A stretch of 64,000 nt of DNA from Phoronis australis. Its lineage: Eukaryota > Animalia > Phoronida. Location of the stretch: NCBI GenBank assembly GCA_002633005.1, contig NMRA01000477.1, positions 107,249 through 171,248 on the forward strand, in the 5' to 3' direction. The translations under genes were made by a program, and so were the position numbers. The notes beneath the pieces were generated by a model that had not been told where the DNA came from, did no database searches, and worked only from the letters and a program-made list of their open reading frames with translations. Below are positions 62,510 through 64,000 of the stretch, in pieces. Positions within the stretch are counted from its first letter, which is position 1; every line of letters starts with the position of its first letter.

Positions 62510-63496
62510 CTCCAGATCGTGTTTCTATCGGTGGCATTGACTGCATTGTGAAATCTTCAACTTACAGAGAGGTAGTTTGTGTCACACAGCCTTCATACGA
62601 GACTGTTGGACAAACCATTGTAGAGGTGGTTGCCAATGGGAACCGTTTGCGTAGCAACAACTGTTCAACATCTTGCGAGTTTGCGTACTCTCAACTTGCA
62701 ACGCCAGATGTGACTAGCATATCAACCAATCAAATCTCAGGGGCAAGCTCCCAGATAACGTTCTCCGGGGAGCGTTTGAATGGAACTGCTGAAGATGGCA
62801 TTACCGTCTCTCTTGGTGGTCAGCGGTGCTCTGTCGTTTCTGTGACGTCCACGCAACTGACTTGCACCATTGGTTATGTCGTTGTGGGCAACCAGCCACT
62901 CTCTATTCGTTATAATAGGCAAGGCAATGCAAAGTTGAGTGCTAAAACTATGGAAGTGTTGCCTAGCATTGACTCTATCAGTCATGTGGCTGGGAGTCAG
63001 CAGGGTGGTCTCTTGTTGACCGTCGTCGGTGGTGGTTTCACTGCGTCCAGCAGTTCTGTCACCATAGGTGACAAACCATGCGTGATAAAGTCCCTCAATT
63101 TGTCTGAGATTCACTGTGTCACGCCCGCCGGCAATGCTCAATTGAGTGTTGTCCAGGTTGTCTCAAATTCAGTCAAGTTCCCCAGCTCCACCTTTAATTT
63201 CCTCGACTCTGAGACACCAGAACTGACGAGTGTTTCTCCAGTGAGTGGCAACATCGGGGACACCATCACCATCTCTGGTGCCAAGCTGAGCGGAAATCCA
63301 TCAGATGTCACCATCCGTATTGGTGATGCTCAATGTAACGTTAGCAGTTCTACGACAAGCACCATCAGCTGCAACCTTGGCGATAGTCCATCAGGCTCGT
63401 ATCCAATCACAGTCCACGTGGCTGGCAAAGGCAATGGACGAAGCTCTCTATCGTTTAAGTATAATTTGGAAATCACCAATGTCTCACCTAAGGAAG
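62510..63496 (+). CDS. PKHD1L1: PKHD1L1-like exon 35 (large exon, several IPT repeats)
   Basis: 987-nt open exon with repeated TP..S.SP..G..G..ITI.G..V.IG...C.V motifs; ttgtag / AAG|GTAAGT. Confidence 0.93.
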
Positions 63497-64000
63497 GTAA
63501 GTGGAATCCTCATCAAAAGCTGCCTTTCTTATAATCCTTACAATTGGCGTGGAATTTGCCGACATCAGTGTTTTAACTAATCTCTTGTTTTTAGTTTCTT
63601 TGCATTAAAGCTCTGATAAACCCCCATGTGGGCAAAGAAATTAACTTTTGGTTTAGACTGCTTAACACTATGTTACTGGTTTCAACTTGTTCTTTGCTTA
63701 TTCAAGGTGTGGTTTTTGAGCTTGGACTGAGCTGACAGTTGGTAATTACTTAAGACTGAGGCTTGGTGAATGTAATGACTCACTAGGACAAACCAACTTG
63801 TTCAGCCTGGTCTTAAGCCATAACGAAGTGTCAGTTCTTTGCAACCCAAGAAATCACAAATTGAAAGCTATTTCATAACTATGAGTGAAACCTATTTATT
63901 TTGGTAGAACGTGAGCTGAGTGCAATTTGACTTTTAAAAATTAAAATAATTTTAAGTATCTAAGTATGGTTATCGACCAGCGTTGACTACCCATTGGTAA

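Larger units (their letters stand above)
33258..63496 (+). other. PKHD1L1: Fibrocystin-L (PKHD1L1-like) gene, 5' part: 35 coding exons in window, continues past window end
   Basis: Spliced translation is colinear with vertebrate fibrocystin-L as I recall it: signal peptide, IPT/TIG repeats, PA14, linker, cupredoxin-like insert, more IPT repeats. All 34 complete introns are GT-AG and cumulative exon lengths keep frame (5950 nt). Confidence 0.93.

Overview
AT-rich, intron-rich animal genomic DNA, most likely a marine invertebrate, with one assembly gap (25252-25445). No prokaryotic, CRISPR or rRNA features. Main content: (1) 27213-28967 (+), a single-exon 584-aa secreted protein: signal peptide, 2 F-type lectin domains, sushi/CCP, 2 kringles, no protease or TM domain; possibly a retrogene. 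(2) 33258 to beyond the window end (+), the 5' part of a fibrocystin-L (PKHD1L1-like) gene. I reconstructed 35 coding exons by hand (5950 nt, ~1983 aa), all GT-AG and phase-consistent. (3) Three related minimal hammerhead-ribozyme motifs (CUGANGA...GAAAC GUC, Penelope-element type) on the sense strand of three introns of that gene; one has an intact core. (4) Many TE relics: a full-length tRNA-SINE with a 12-bp TSD, CR1/L2-type RT remnants, and MITEs, including hAT-like ones with atypical 5- and 6-bp TSDs. (5) The left ~22 kb has no convincing ORF but looks CpG-depleted and carries minus-strand promoter and non-coding exon signals, suggesting long 5' introns of a gene whose CDS lies left of the window. 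All homology calls are from memory of the families; no searches were run.
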